Positions 37,607 to 52,837 of a stretch of 64,000 bases of DNA are shown in pieces. The stretch is from Octopus sinensis (Eukaryota). Below the pieces are notes generated by a model that did not search any database, was not told where the DNA came from, and saw only the letters and a program-made list of their open reading frames with translations. Position 1 is the stretch's first letter, and every line of letters begins with the position of its first letter. The position numbers and the translations under genes were made by a program. The stretch covers positions 66,898,001 to 66,962,000 of the forward strand of contig NC_043003.1 of NCBI RefSeq assembly GCF_006345805.1, written 5' to 3'.

Positions 37607-37671
37607 TTTATATAGGTAGATGAAATAGTTTTTTTGTTGAATTTTCTATCACAGAACAGTACATTACACAC

Positions 37672-37706
<35 letters not shown>

Positions 37707-37714
37707 ATATATAT

Positions 37715-37796
<82 letters not shown>

Positions 37797-37990
37797 AACA
37801 AAAACGTATTAGAGGGCATTAAAACGTTTCGGACAGATAGATGAGACAAAGGCAGACAAGTGAAACAACAATTAAAAGAACAGGCAAAAAAAGACGGGCC
37901 ATTCTTGACTTTCTTTCATCGGTCAAGTACCAGAAGTCACGACCATTTCAGACGGAATAATTACCATAAAGCATTGTGCAGAATATATTG

Positions 37991-38181
37991 TATAAAGGAT
38001 TGTGGGTAAGGCCACACACTCACATGCACATCGGCAACATTCGTCTATTTTTTGAAAATGGGATCATAACCCCGAAATGTTGAATAAAAGGTAAGTGTAC
38101 ATTTATTCTCACATTTGTTTTCTTGTGATTTACCTTGCATTTACTTCTAATTGCTTTTGGCCTTACCCACGATCCTTTATA
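37991..38181. mobile_element. MITE-like element with 24-bp inverted termini
   Basis: tataaaggattgtgggtaaggcca / tggccttacccacgatcctttata, one mismatch. Confidence 0.55.
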
Positions 38182-38200
38182 TAACACACACACACACATA

Positions 38201-38610
38201 GGCGCAGGAGTGGCTTAGTTGGTAAAAAGCTTGCTTCCCAACCACATGATTCCGAGTTCAGTCCCACTCTGTCTCTCCTTGGGCAAGTGTCTTCTACTAT
38301 AGCCTCAGGTTAATCAAAGCTTTGTGACTGGATTTGGTTGAGGGAAACTAAAAGAAGCCCGTCCTATATATGTGTGTATGTGTGTATGTGGGGGGGGGGC
38401 GTGTGTGTGTTTGGGTGTCTGTGTATGTCCCCCACCATCGCTGAATAGCTGATGCTGGTGTGTTTACGTCCCCGTAACTTAGCGGTTCGGCAAAAGAGAC
38501 CGACAGAATAAGTCCTAGGCTTATAAAGAATGTCCTGGTATCGATTTGTTCGACTAAAGGCGTTGCCCCAGCATGGCTGCAGTCAAGTGACTGAAGCAAG
38601 TAAAAAAAAA
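38201..38610 (+). mobile_element. SINE family 2, full length
   Basis: ggcgcaggagtggc head, gagttcagtccc B-box and the family 3' tail. Confidence 0.85.
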
Positions 38611-39486
38611 AAGTAGAGTTAATGCTTTCCACTCGTTGAGTTAGCTTTTTACTCTAAGAGTACAACAGACTTCTTCTGTTTGTGTCTGCATACAGGGGAC
38701 AGGCTTTCAATTTAGTTTAAGTTATTATAGATATAGACTTACTCTTGTGGAAATATTCGAATATGGAGAGCAATTTCAGTGTAATGTCGATGTTGGTTTA
38801 TTAGCTACATTTGAAACATATATATTTTCCATATAGGCAATATAGATTTTATACTTGACAATCATAAGTAATGTATCAAATATCGAGAAAATATCCGATA
38901 TCATATATATTGGTCCTGTTATGTACGTGGTATGATTTATCGATATTGGCTATATTATCTAATGCTAAATATATTGGTCAATATTAACTATATTCGTATT
39001 AACGGTATTGTCTACACTCAATATGATACCTTTATCTGTTCAGTTGGTTATATTCAGTGTATTTCAATTTTATTGTCTCCCTTAGTTATATCAGTTATGC
39101 TCCATAGCTTGGTTATACAAATGTAAGAGAAATTTCTATATTTTAGGTTCTCCATTGTTTTGTTGTCGAATTTTATGAAGCTCAGCTAGAAACATTTCCC
39201 ATTTCACATGGATTAAACAAATCTGAATAAATAAAAATTACAAAACTAAATATCGATTGTCAGCACGCTTTCAACGCAATTTATCCAAAGTATTGATGAT
39301 TTTTTGGTTTATATTAATTTTAGGCGCTAATAAACCCGAGTAAGGCCGGAAAAGTTCAGATAGACCTGAAAGTTATTTACATTAAGTATATCAGTTATAA
39401 TGCCTATGTTGAAATGTTGGGTTATTCCGCCGCTTATACACACTTGCTTTATTGACTATTCATTCATACATATTTATATATGTATG

Positions 39487-39611
<125 letters not shown>

Positions 39612-40520
39612 TATATATATATGCAATATAAATTTGACATGGGCGATTCTTTCTTGTCTTGGGATTCACGGACAACGGTTGGCTGGTATTGCACGAAAAA
39701 TTACATTTAAAATGATCCAGTGTTGTTGCTGGCCTTTGTATTTTTCATAGCTCCCATGGTTACCGAGATAATCTACTATAATAACACTCTTGTGTTTATG
39801 AATGAGAAAGGAAAGGGTGATAGATGAATAAGGAAGGAAGGGGTGATGTCATACTTGGTAGTGGGATGATGAAAATTGTACGCTGAAAAATAAATCAAAC
39901 AGCGTTTCAACTCTGTGTGAATATATGTGCTTGCATGTAAAAGGAGGTATGTGAATGCGCGTGTGTGTGTTTGTGTGTGTGTGTGTATGTGCGTGTGTGC
40001 ATGTGCCCGCCCAATGGAATTGGGATGGTTCATCTTTGTTCGCTTAGTATTTAGATTTATTTTTTGATTTCGTTGAATCTTGGTGAGTTTTATTTTGTTG
40101 TTGTTCAGCTATTTTTAGTGTTTTGACCGAAAGAAACTCATTCTAAAATTGTTTTTAAAACATAAGCGTGCCCAAACAAGTCGAATGCTTACATAGAGCA
40201 GGTTTTACTGTCCATATATATATATATATATATATATTCACTTGGATGCCTTTTCGATATCATTTAAATAGTTTTCAAAGTTTGACTCGAGATTAGCAAT
40301 TTCGGACGGCAGGTAAGTGGATTAATATGTCAAGTGTCCAACTGGTACCTATATTACTGATCCCGAAAAAAGATGAAAAAGAAATTTGAACTCAGAACAA
40401 AAGAATGAGAGAATTGCCGTTCAGCAGCTTGCGTGGCGTGCTAACGATTCTGCCAGCTCGCATAATAGTAACCAACGATAATGATAATAATAATAATACA
40501 TACATACATACATACATACA

Positions 40521-40555
<35 letters not shown>

Positions 40556-41959
40556 GTGTACGTGTGTGTACAGATAGACAGGGAGAGAGACTGATGTTTA
40601 CATACACACATACTCACACATACATCTATATATTGACTCCGTTGGCTGTTTTTCTATATTAGTTATATTAACTATGAAAAAATTTTTATAAAAAAGCTAA
40701 ACAGACACATTAAAAACGAAAAAGTGTTAAAGAAAAAATAAAGACAAAATTACTTTTCTTCTGACGATGGTGAAATAAAAGATTTATTTTGATTGCTTAC
40801 ATTGTGAAGCAGTATATAGTATTTCGTTTCTGAAACGTCACTCCGCATTCAAATTACGACAGTTTCATTTCTATATTTGATTCGTTTTATTTTCTTTTTC
40901 TTCATTTTATGTAAAATACAGCGGGAAAAATATTAATTTCCATATTTATGTCAAAACTATATACGTTTTGATGTTTTTGTCGTTCTTTTTTTAAAAAAAT
41001 CTTCACTGAAAAATGATAAATCGTTGAAACACTAGTGTTACATCGATGTGGTCTTTCGGTTTTCTTTCAATTTTTTTTTCACTTTTACGAAAAAGAGAAG
41101 TATTCGTTTATTAACTGTGACAACGATTTTTTTCAATTTATATATATACATATATATATTCGTATTCATATCTATATATAATTGTGTTTTTTTTTGCATT
41201 GGGTCTATGTAATTTTATAGGTATTTGCATACGGACGCGTTGATACTATTTTATATTCTTATGTTCATATTTTCATATTTTCATATATATATATAGACAT
41301 GTGTACAGGCATATATAAATACACTAAAACATACAAAAACCCACAACAATTTCACAGTCTTTACTTTGGTGTGAAAAGCACACCGCCAAAAAATAAACGG
41401 TATTCCTTTATATATATATATATACACATATGTGTGTGTGTGTGTGTGTCTATGTATTATAAAGAACACCGTTTTTTTTTTGGTGGGGGGGATAAAAGCT
41501 GCAAAATATAGTCTGACCCATTTATTTCAAAATAAAGTCTGGTTTATCTATCTATTGGGAACACTTGGGGACAGCATTTTAGTGGGATTGACAATAAAGT
41601 CATAATTTTATAGTTGTTGTTACTGTTGTTGTTGATGATGATGATGATGCTGATGATGATGATGTTGTTGTTTTTGTTGTTGTTGTTGATGTATTTTAGC
41701 ACCAATATGTCAATAGCATTCCAGCTGTGACTATATACAGTCATATTTTTTTTCTTATTCCATTGTGATAATGAATTCTATGTCTGTCCATGAAATTAAT
41801 GTATAGGTGGACGAATATTCCATAAACACATTACTCTTGGCACAATTCACGGGTTGAATCAGCGCAAAGCAGTATGGGAAACCAGGAGCTTTGAACAGTT
41901 AGCATAATCTAGGGAGTTCAAGAGGTAGCTAGCTAACTAACTAGCAAGCTAGGCAAACA

Positions 41960-42316
<357 letters not shown>

Positions 42317-44089
42317 GTTAACACAGGTAGAGTGGAGAAAGAGAAGCGCGGGAAGGACTAGAGAGAGAGTCAAAGAGAGAGAGAGAGAGATAGAAAGAGA
42401 AAGAGAGAGAGAGGGTGAAAACGAGAAAGAGAATCGTCTCTAATACTAACAATTAATCAACACAGATCGAAATGCAAAATCTATTTGAACTCATACTGAA
42501 GGGAAACCGGGATTATATACCACAAGGCATACTGGGCGCAGCTCCACTGGTTCTGCCAGTATACTGTCATAGGTGGAGTACACACAGCTCTATTATCCAG
42601 CGTTGTCTTTCTTTCTTTCTTACGGCCGTAAGATGTCGCTTCACAGGATTTTGGTTGCTGCCTCTACTAAATTGACAAACTGCGTACAAGATCTCTTGCT
42701 GCTACGCGGTTCTTTGTTCTTGAAATTGATATAGCTGCTGTTGTTGTTGTTGTTGCTGCTGTTGTTTTTGTTGTTTAGTTACTCTGATTAAACAAAACAT
42801 GATTTAACCGTGTCCAAAACCGTTTCTTGAGGTCACAGATACTCAGCCATAGATACACATTTATTCATATATGTATGTTCATATGTATATGTCCGTGCAA
42901 GTGTGCTTGTGTGAATCTGTGAGTATGTGTGCGTGTGTGTCTGTTGCATGTGTGTGTGTTCGTGCGCACAAGTGCAAATGTACAAAGCCAGAGAATCAAT
43001 CCCACACTGCTAAACGATTCACAGAATTACATATACTCTATGACATGTATTGAGTACTCTTTACCATGTTTGTTACATAAACTACCTGTAAAAATATGAG
43101 TAACAAAGAAGCACCATCTCTTACACCCACGCAAATAAACACAAAGACACAAATTTACGTATATTTAGGAAGCTGCTGTACGGACTAAGCCTCGCTTAAG
43201 AGATTCAAGAAGACTGAAACATGCACAGTGTATTAACTGTAGCCACAACAGATCAACGTCACATTATAAAAACATCATTGAAGAACATTGCTATAAAATA
43301 CACTTAGAGACAGAAAATGCTAGAATGACTATCATTTACTATATTGTTTTAGTATCTCATTACTTTCTCGTTCATCATTCGTCTTCACTCAGAGGTTTGT
43401 TCTGTGTTTTGCTTGTAACATGCGAATGTAATCGTGTAAACAAACCGAAATTAGTATCGGTATAATTGATAATAAATATATATAAAGAACGTTATTACTC
43501 ATTAGAAATAATAATATTAGTGGCCGCAAGTATAAAACCGTACAGGCAAAATTAATAGGTATATATAAAAATATATGTGAGATCAGAACACTAAGAAGCA
43601 CCAGCTTAGCTAAAAATAGGACTCAAAAACAAGCCGAAGCTACAAGAATTAAGACTAAATTTTTATAAGCATGGTTGAAAAACTTAAGTGAATAAAGATT
43701 GTGTCTTACTTCTACAAAATTGCAAGGACTGCCAGTTAATTTGATATCAGGGTTCGAGTTTAGTGTCCAAAGCACTCAATTGCCTTAAGCCATATCTACT
43801 CGTAACAATAATGGTAATTCTCTTTCAGTAATGGATAATTCGGTTTCTACTGCAAATGAATTTAAGACGTAATTTTGAAAAGTCCGAATATACAGATGTC
43901 TTTGAATTGCAATCTTCATGAGATCGAATTTCGATGAAACAAATGTAAATTGCTATAATAAAAGGACTTGCTCATTCCACTCTTCTTGTTTATATACAAA
44001 CATACACACACACACACACACATATATATATACATATACTATACATATACGCACACACATTCATAGATGTGTGTGTGTGTGTGCATATT

Positions 44090-44140
<51 letters not shown>

Positions 44141-44214
44141 TATATATATAAATACATATATATATATATTATATATATATAAACTACATATATATACATA
44201 CATGCATACATACA

Positions 44215-44371
44215 GGCGTGGCTGAGTGGTAAGCATCTTGCTTCACAACCGCATGGTTCCGGGTTCAGTCCCACTCTGTGGTACCTCGGGCAAGTGTCTT
44301 CTACTATAGACTCGGGTCGACCAAAGCCTTGTGAGTGGATTTGGTAGACGGAAACTGAAAGAGGGCCATCG

Positions 44372-44418
<47 letters not shown>

Positions 44419-44615
44419 CCCAACATCGCTTGACAACCGGTGCTGGTGTATTTACATCCCCGCTACTGTGCGGTTCGGCGAAAGAGGCTGATAGAATAAG
44501 TACTAGGCTTACAAAGAATAAGTCCGGAGTTAATTTGTTTGACTAAAATCTTTAAAAGCAGTGCTCTAGCATCGCCGCAGTTAAATAACTGAAACAAATA
44601 AAAGAATTAAAGAAA
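44215..44615 (+). mobile_element. SINE family 2, full length
   Basis: gggttcagtccc B-box, central (TG)n and family tail. Confidence 0.85.
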
Positions 44616-44627
44616 AGAATAACAGAA

Positions 44628-45127
<500 letters not shown>

Positions 45128-45525
45128 GCTATGTACCGAAACGTAATGTAAGTACACAGTGAAAGTCAAATTTACAGAGGTATTCGTCCTGAGATAATAA
45201 CTCATGCACGTATCGTGTTTAATAACACAAAATATATCGTTAGAGACTAAAATCGTATTAACTTCGGTAGATCAGAAAGCTAGATGCATTTCTGCTTCAT
45301 TGAGCGTTCTCAGTAAAAATGTACTCACAACATACTATATGCAAGCGCTTTCACCGTGATTATTACATAGCAAATTATCCGATCCACTGTCATAAACATC
45401 CGAAGATTGTCAGAGCGTAACCCACACTAAGAAAGCTGAGAAGTTTTTAATTCCATTTAATTTGTTAGACCTACATTCAGTTTTGAATAACCTGTTTTTT
45501 CCCATCTTATTTACTCATAGGTTCC

Positions 45526-45617
<92 letters not shown>

Positions 45618-46179
45618 GTCTGTCTGTCTGTCTGTGTGTCTGTCTATCTATCTATCTATATATCTATCAATCTATCTTTTTTTTATCACGATCCCTTTCC
45701 ATCGAAACTTTATTTTTCTCCCTTTTTTTTTCTATTTTCGAGAAAATTGTATTTTGTCCCCTCAGTGTTCGGCCCTGTGAGGCTAATAAAGAAACTTATC
45801 AATCTATCTGTTCGTCTGTCTGTCTATCTAGAAACATCTGCGTGTTTGTGTGTGTGTGTGTGTGAGTGTGTGTGTGTGTGTATGAATGCTTGTTATAAGG
45901 AATGTGTGTTACAGTGAAAGTATGTGCAGTAGGAAATGTGTACACGCTTGGGATTGTGTTCGTTTGTAATCTTATTCATGCATTTAGGTTGAGTAAAGCA
46001 GAGGACGATGTCGACCGACACTACGGATGAGAGATCCCACGTGCCCTGCGTGAGCGCACGAGTAAACTTGCTTACATCGACATGCATATATATTTACACA
46101 CACGCACACACACACACATACACATACCTACACACGATCACACGCACGCACATCTACACATATAGGTTTCTATACATAC

Positions 46180-46227
<48 letters not shown>

Positions 46228-46275
46228 ATACCTACACACGATCACACGCACGCACATCTACACATATAGGTTTCT

Positions 46276-46328
<53 letters not shown>

Positions 46329-47365
46329 TTTGTATATATATATATATATACTTATAAACATGCTTACCTGCAGATATAAGAATATTTATACCCTTGAATA
46401 TATACATATATGCATGCATAACCCACATTCATCCATGAATACATCCGTTCATACATACATACATACATACATACATACATACATACATACATACATACAT
46501 ACAAGCCTACTAACTTACCTACTTAGCTACCTATATACATATACACATGCATACATGCACCCCCCCACATATATATATATATATGCACGCACACACACAT
46601 ATATATGTATACATACATATACACATACAGACACACACACAAATATATATATATATACACACACACACATGCATATATATATATGCATACCAGCGTGTGC
46701 CAATGAGTACGTGTTTGCGTATGTATCAACGCTGATATTATCGTTCTCGATTTTAACTTTCTGAAGATATCAGCGGCATCAACACCTCTCCCATCTTCAT
46801 CTGTTTCTCCATCAACCATACCACCACCATCACCCCCAACAGCGCCACACCGAAACCCCCAACACCGCAACTACCACTAGTAGTGTTTCCAGTAACAACA
46901 AGAAAACCAACTCAATACAATCAATAAATATATAAATATATATACAAAAAAAAATGGCTTTAGCATTCATTGTGGCACAAATGACAATGTGAAATCCTGA
47001 AATCCCGCAGGAGACCAGGAGACAGTAAGATGTGTTAAAATACCACAGACGTTGTCATTCATTCGGACAGCAACCTGCTTAGATATGCAAATTTATTCAA
47101 CTTCATCAGACTTTTGAGTCTATAAGTGGAGGACGGTCCTAATATGAATTCTCGGTTAGATTTATTATCTTTAAACGGGGATAACAAAATAAAAAAAAAA
47201 TGAAAAAGCTGTATATGAGGAAATAAAGAACGAACATGAAGAAAAAGAAATGGAAGATAACGTAAAAATAACTACGAATGAAGACAAAAGAAGAAAAAGA
47301 GAAAATAATGCGAGAGAAATAAATTCTTTTGCTGCTGCTACTACTACTACTACCACTACTATTGT

Positions 47366-47398
<33 letters not shown>

Positions 47399-47406
47399 TA
47401 TTATTA

Positions 47407-47455
<49 letters not shown>

Positions 47456-47496
47456 CATCATCATTATTATTGTTGTTGTTGTTGTTGTTGTTGTTT

Positions 47497-47532
<36 letters not shown>

Positions 47533-47539
47533 AGCTAGT

Positions 47540-48160
47540 GCATGGTAATTTAGTTAACAAGTATTTCATCTTGAAGTTTGATAACAACAAGTCTCCTCAA
47601 ATCTGAAGTCTCTTCCTGACGATTCTTGCAGTGTATAGGATATTACTTTTCCGTAGGTCGACTATGCAGGTTTCAATTTCAACCTGTTATATAGAACTTT
47701 GGGAGTTGTGCCCAGTGTAGCAATTACTACGACGGGGATAATTGTCAACTTGGTCTTTCCCTGTCTCCTCAGCTCTCTGGTGAAATCCTGATATTTCTCA
47801 ATTCTTTTCAATTTCTTTGGTATTGACTCTGCTATCATAGGAAATTGCTAAATCTATGATCTTACACTGTTTGTTATTTTGTCTTCTATGATCAAATCTG
47901 ATCTCCTTGCTTCAATAGTACGGTCAGTCTTTATGGAAAAATCACCCAATTCTTGTAAATCTCATTTTCTATTCATACCACTGTTTTGTTGTTTTGAAAC
48001 CTCCTAGTCGGTTAACATCCCAATGCACACCTTTGCGTTTACAGTCATGTCTGCGTTTATACTCTTGTTGTGCTACTATACTGAAATCACTCGAAAGATG
48101 GTTTGCACTTTAGCCAGCTTTCTTGCAGATTCTACATTTTTGTTATTTGTGTTTTATCCT
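47540..48160 (-). mobile_element. R4/Dong-like non-LTR retrotransposon 3' fragment
   Basis: KCRICKK...H...QQEYKRRHD...VHW; DFSIKTDRTIEARRSDLII; CKIIDLA; EKYQD; IIPVVV...TLG; TARIVRK. These are the zinc-knuckle, RHD and REL motifs. The 3' end abuts (TAA)n. Confidence 0.85.
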
Positions 48161-48560
48161 AACGTGGTCGGTAAAAAGCACATACCAGGGTCGATAATGT
48201 TTTAGGCTTTCTACCTATATTAGAAAGGGTCATCATCATCATCATCATCATCAACATCCTCATCCTCATCATCATCATCATCCACCTCATCCTCATCATC
48301 CTCATTATCATCATTGATCGAATTGCCAGAGCGCTGGAATAAATGCCTTGTGGTATCTGCTCTTCTCAGGTTCTGTACTCACTTATAAAATCTCACCGAA
48401 GTCAAATTATTTTCAACCCCTATCTCCTAGGTTTTGTAAAATAAAGAACAAGTCAAGTACTATGGCCGATATAATCGACTAAACAACTTCCACTAAAATT
48501 GCTGGCCTTGTATCAGAATTCGAATCATTTGGTTGAGTAAAGTAATTATTATTATTATCA

Positions 48561-48664
<104 letters not shown>

Positions 48665-48965
48665 ATAGCTGCATTACATTATAACTTTATTTCAGCTGCC
48701 TGAATACGGGGCATCCACCGGAAGCCAAGAGTAGCAAGGGCACTTTTGTTTTGCTATGCATGCTCAAATTATCACCACATTTATATCATTTTAGATGGAG
48801 AGTGCTTTCCGTAGTATATGGGATGTACCCATCAAGGTCATCTTTTGTAGTTCACGGGGATTGGAGTAACCAGGTAGTTGCATAATACACTTCTCAGCTC
48901 GCTTCTTTATCATTCCAAACGCACCAATCACTACTGGTATTATCCTAGTACTAAGATTTTGCATG
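48665..48965 (-). mobile_element. second R4/Dong-like 3' tip
   Basis: 48964-48791 translates to MQNLSTRIIPVVIGAFGMIKKRAEKCIMQLPGYSNPRELQKMTLMGTSHILRKALSI*. The UTR ends at (TAC)n(TAA)n. Confidence 0.8.
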
Positions 48966-49528
48966 TTATCATTATTATTACTGAGCTAAAGAGCAGTGCA
49001 TGCCATCAAAGGGACACTGGGGTAAAATGTATGAAGCCCAGTATACTCATCATGACTACCCGTCTGATAAGGGTACACCAGGCTTATGCATCACAACTTT
49101 ATGTGCGCGACATAGTGATCTCATATCAAGATAAACAGCGCATGACCTTGCAGGTGGGGCCCAGTTAGAATTTTCTTGTCGTCGAGTAGCCCATCCCGCT
49201 CAAAAGGTCCCTGAATAAGGGTTGTTTAAGGATGTTGAACGAACCACCAATGTTTCCAAAGGTGAATTATTCAAACCTCTGTGAATTCCTTTCAACACAC
49301 GGCTATGATGCTTCCCCACAACTTCTGCTCGTGATCAGAGATGCACATATCGTCAGCCACTAAGGAAAATGCTCAACAGGTTAAGGTCAAGTAAATCCGT
49401 GGTATTGAGCAGAATATTTGCTGTAGCCCATCTTTTATACCAATACAAAACAATGTACATGATAACACTTCTAATCAGTTAAGATCAGAAGCTATGAGAG
49501 CCACTGCCTGGGATTGCATCAGGGCAAT

Positions 49529-49594
<66 letters not shown>

Positions 49595-49605
49595 CACTAC
49601 TACTA

Positions 49606-49637
<32 letters not shown>

Positions 49638-50036
49638 GGTGGCAGGAAATGTTAGTGCGTCGACAAACTTTTTAGCGGTATTTCTTTCATCTTTAAGTTC
49701 TGTATTTGCCTTCCATCCTTTCGAGGTTCATAAGATAAAGTACCACTCATGTCCTAGAGTCAATATAATCAGTTGACCACTATCTTTAAACTTGCTGGCT
49801 TTGCGCCAAAATTAGAAAGAATTATTTTTGTTCTTGTTCTTGAAGATACTGCTGCTCTTGTTGATCATAGTATTTCCCAACCCAGACTCATAATTTTGAA
49901 TAGTTCAAATAATGTTTGTTAAATTGTTTCTGATGTTGGCCGTTTAAACAGTTAAGTGTTTCTTTTTCTACGCGGCTTTATTGTGGAACTGTCCAACAAT
50001 GACCGGTGTATGTCGTTCCGTTGTGACAGCCCAAAG

Positions 50037-50323
50037 CAGTGGCGGACTAGGTCTAAAAATATTGGTTGCCAGGCAACCACAATCCTATAATTTATTTTTT
50101 GTTTATTTATTTATTTTTTTGTTAAAAATATTCTTTTCTACTGTCTACAAACAGAGCCAGGCTGAAACAATTAATGCATTCTTCCAGGAGTGAATTAAAA
50201 AATTCTCAAACTTGTAGGGATAGGTTCCTTAGATACTAATATGGGTCCCCCTATATGGATTCTAATGGCGCAAGGGCCTCACTTGCCATCGGACAAGTTG
50301 ACAACCAGGCCAGTCCGCCACTG
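50037..50323. mobile_element. hAT-type MITE, 287 bp
   Basis: TIRs CAGTGGCGGACTAG / CCAGTCCGCCACTG (1 mismatch) with a perfect 8-bp TSD gcccaaag at 50029-50036 and 50324-50331. Confidence 0.9.
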
Positions 50324-51376
50324 GCCCAAAGAGAGTAACATTTTTCTTTTTCGAAATAGTACTACCAGCAAGAATATGAATTTGTTTGTTGCAAAATTTC
50401 TTCCAAAAAACGATTTGCTTCTTCAAAAAACTAGGTTCAGGGAAGAAGATGACAGAAACGAGAATGAGCATCCAAAAGCGCAGCACCGAGAATGGTTTGG
50501 AAAGTATATTGTAAGGACAGACTTAATAAGTTCTTTGCACAAGAGAATATGGGAAAGGTGACGTACATGAGTATGAACAAGAAACTTCGAGCACTGCCAT
50601 ACGCATCGCTGGCGAAGTACAAAAGGTGCTTCAGAGACATATTCTACATTGTATTACACGCTGTAAGAAAGGGACACTGTAGACGTAAAAGAATTATTGT
50701 AAGACAATGAAGTTAAGGCGAAAGTAACCTCTGTTAACACACGCGCGTCAGAGGAGTTTTCCCGCTTCTTAATATACAGAGATAACAAGAGCGTCTGTTT
50801 ATCAGGATGTCAGAGATTGCATCAAACTCCCACTTAGCTCAACAATAGGTTAAAAATAACTACAGGGGTATTATTACTAACAGCTAAACGTTGAACTATC
50901 ACTCCTCCTTAAGTTACGAAAAGGACATTATAGTGAGTTAATGGAAGACAGAAATCTACTCCAACACAAAGGGAAAGAGGGTACCATTTGTGAAAATGTT
51001 TTTAAAGCCAACTAGCATAGTGCTAGTGCATGCATATACAGCTGCGTGCGTGCGCACATACACGCGAGTACTGTCCAAATCTCTGACCAATCACATGCAG
51101 CTAGCTGGCATTCACTTGGCGTATCAAGTTTCGGGCATTTTCATTGGGTTTTGGATAGAAAATTCGCAAAATGTGACTTCTATTGATTTTTTAATGGTTT
51201 TGCGGGGTGACTAGGGAAATGTGAAGATGTGCACGACCACCCTTGGACGGTTTTGAATGACCATAGAAAGTGCGAGACCTCTAACTGAAAAATTGTGGAT
51301 TTGTATAAACGACACGCACACACGCACACACACACACACCACACACACACACACACACATTTTGCTGTTTATATAG

Positions 51377-51499
51377 AGAGAGATGTTCTCAAATGACGGG
51401 AGAATTTTCAGAAAAAGAGCTGCAAACACGAACATTTGCAAGGTCTTTTCAAGAGTTACCTGCACAACGAGGACAGATTATCAGCTCTTCGAGATCAAG
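51377..51499 (+). CDS. candidate exon, product unidentified
   Basis: Perfect donor CAAG|GTAAGT at 51499/51500. Two frames are open for 123 nt and all three are open from 51412. The acceptor is ambiguous. Confidence 0.35.
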
Positions 51500-51919
51500 G
51501 TAAGTAGCATGTCTTAGGTTCTCTTGGCTTTAGATGTAAAAGAATGTTGTACAAATGCAGACAGACTGTGATCAGCCTAAAAGTAAGCCGCTTTCTTTGA
51601 GACACAAGAAATAGATGCGGTAGATGTCAGTGATGTTAGGGTCTTCGAGACACACGACGTGCTTTACTTTCATCAATCACTGAATTCGGAGGAATGAAAG
51701 TTCTGAATCTCTATTTATCGCTACTCAAAGTTGGCTGGAAATATTCTCAAATGCATTAAACGAGGGTTGGTGTCACGTAATTTTGTTGAATGCAGAATTA
51801 ATCTGAATATCAGTCACTAAGATATTTCGCCACAGGTTCGTGTTATCAAGTTGTTAATTGTCACAGTCATTGGGACATTTCTATGAATAGGTGCGTTAAG
51901 GACGATTTAGGTAAAGACA

Positions 51920-52420
51920 ATTCTTCCTCCTCCTCCTCTCTTCTTCTTCTTCTTCTTCTTTCTTTTTCTTCTTCTTCTTCTTCTCCTTCCTCATTTTCTT
52001 CTTCCTCTTCCACTTCTTCTTCTTCTTCTTCTTCCTTTTCTTCTTCTTCCTCCTCCTCTTCCATTTCTTCTTCCTCTTCCACTTCTTCTCTCTTCTTCTT
52101 CTTCTTTCTTCTTCTTTCTTCTTCTTCCTCCTCCTCTTCCATTTCTTCTTCCTTTTCTTCTTCCTCCACTTCTTCTTCCTTTTCCTCCTCTTCTTCTTCC
52201 TTTTCCTCCTCTTCTTCTCCTTCCACTTCCTCCTCCTCCTCCCCTTCTCTTCCTCCCCTTCTCCTCCTCCTCCTCCTCCTCCTCCTCTGCTTCTTCTTTT
52301 TCCTCCTCTCCTTCCACTTCCTCCTCCTCCTCCTCATCTTCTTCTTCTTCTTTCTCCACTTCTCCTCCTCTTCTTCATCCACTTCTACTTCCTCCTCCTC
52401 TTCTACTTCTTCTTCAACAT
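51920..52420. repeat. ~500-bp polypyrimidine (TCT/TCC)n tract
   Basis: Directly visible. It is the source of the E/K/R-rich ORFs. Confidence 0.95.
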
Positions 52421-52837
52421 ACTAAAAATAGTATCAAATTTTGGCACAAGGCCAGCAATTTTAGGTGTGGGATAAGTCGATTAAATCGACTCTTGTGCTC
52501 AAATGCTACTTATTTTATCGGCCCCGAAATGATAAAAGGAAAATTTGAACTCAGAACGTAAAAACAGACAAAATGCTGCAAAGCGTTTCGCCCGGCATAC
52601 CAGCGATTCTGTTAATATACTGCCATTCTAAGACGGCGAGCTGCTTAGTGGTATTTCGTCTGTCTTAGCGCTCTCGGATCAAAATCCGCCGAGGTCAACT
52701 TTGTCCTTCCTCCTTTCGGGTCGATAAATTAAGTACAATTACCATACTGGGGTCGATCTACTCGACTGGCCACATTCCCAAAAGTTTCGGGCCTTGTGCC
52801 TAAAGTAGAAAAGAATTTGCTACCTTTCTTAAAACTT

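Noticed and set aside
40300-40320. Perfect donor CAG|GTAAGT
   Set aside because: Lies in a decayed SINE-1 tail (gcaatttcgg...gtaagtcgatt).
42444-42570. TACTAAC branch-point followed by CAG and an open frame
   Set aside because: No polypyrimidine tract, weak donor and unrecognisable peptide.
43169-43465. ~99-codon stop-free frame after tttag
   Set aside because: No homology I recognise, and plausible by chance across six frames of 64 kb.
46110-46300. 104-bp local duplication within CA/TA repeats
   Set aside because: Ordinary slippage duplication in microsatellite DNA.
51867-52425. E/K/R-rich and S-rich ORFs
   Set aside because: Translation of the (TCT/TCC)n tract on both strands.
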